This document shows positions 63,441-64,000 of a stretch of DNA of 64,000 bases, in pieces. Source of the DNA: the human T2T-CHM13v2.0 reference genome, Homo sapiens; NCBI RefSeq assembly GCF_009914755.1, contig NC_060927.1, one strand, 5' to 3'. Each line of letters opens with the position of its first letter. The stretch's first letter is position 1. Under the pieces are notes generated by a model, which saw only the letters and a program-made list of their open reading frames with translations, searched no databases and was not told the origin of the DNA. Position numbers and translations under genes: made by a program.

Positions 63441-64000
<560 letters not shown>

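Overview
Alu-dense great-ape (most likely human) genomic DNA covering the middle of UBXN7 (UBXD7, a p97/VCP cofactor) on the minus strand. Coding exons 2-8 were read by hand, with GT-AG boundaries and consistent phases: 44584-44731, 40289-40356, 30882-30947, 29141-29253, 9204-9350, 6729-6819 and 5336-5463. Exon 1 and exons 9 onward lie outside the window. Almost every entry in the ORF track is spurious (Alu, L1, SVA or VNTR). The richest region is intron 5 (about 15.5-25.8 kb), where an old LTR16-like element received two insertions. The first is a MER41 endogenous retrovirus copy shaped like its mRNA (R-U5-PBS-short internal region-PPT-U3-R-polyA, with a 15-bp TSD), which points to L1-mediated retrotransposition. 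It keeps two GAS motifs and has a 16 x 36-bp VNTR in U3. The second is a full-length L1PA6-like element carrying a nested AluY and a nested SVA; it still has an antisense ORF0 whose splice donor is in frame with UBXN7 exon 8. Also present are a U6 retrocopy 90 nt from exon 4, two inverted 7SL retrocopies, inverted Alus around exons 3-5 (the known circUBXN7), an 82-bp minisatellite touching the exon 8 acceptor, several templated-insertion scars, and an unexplained GC-rich block near 60.4-61.07 kb. Repeat subfamily names come from remembered consensus sequences, not from a search, and boundaries of old repeats are approximate.
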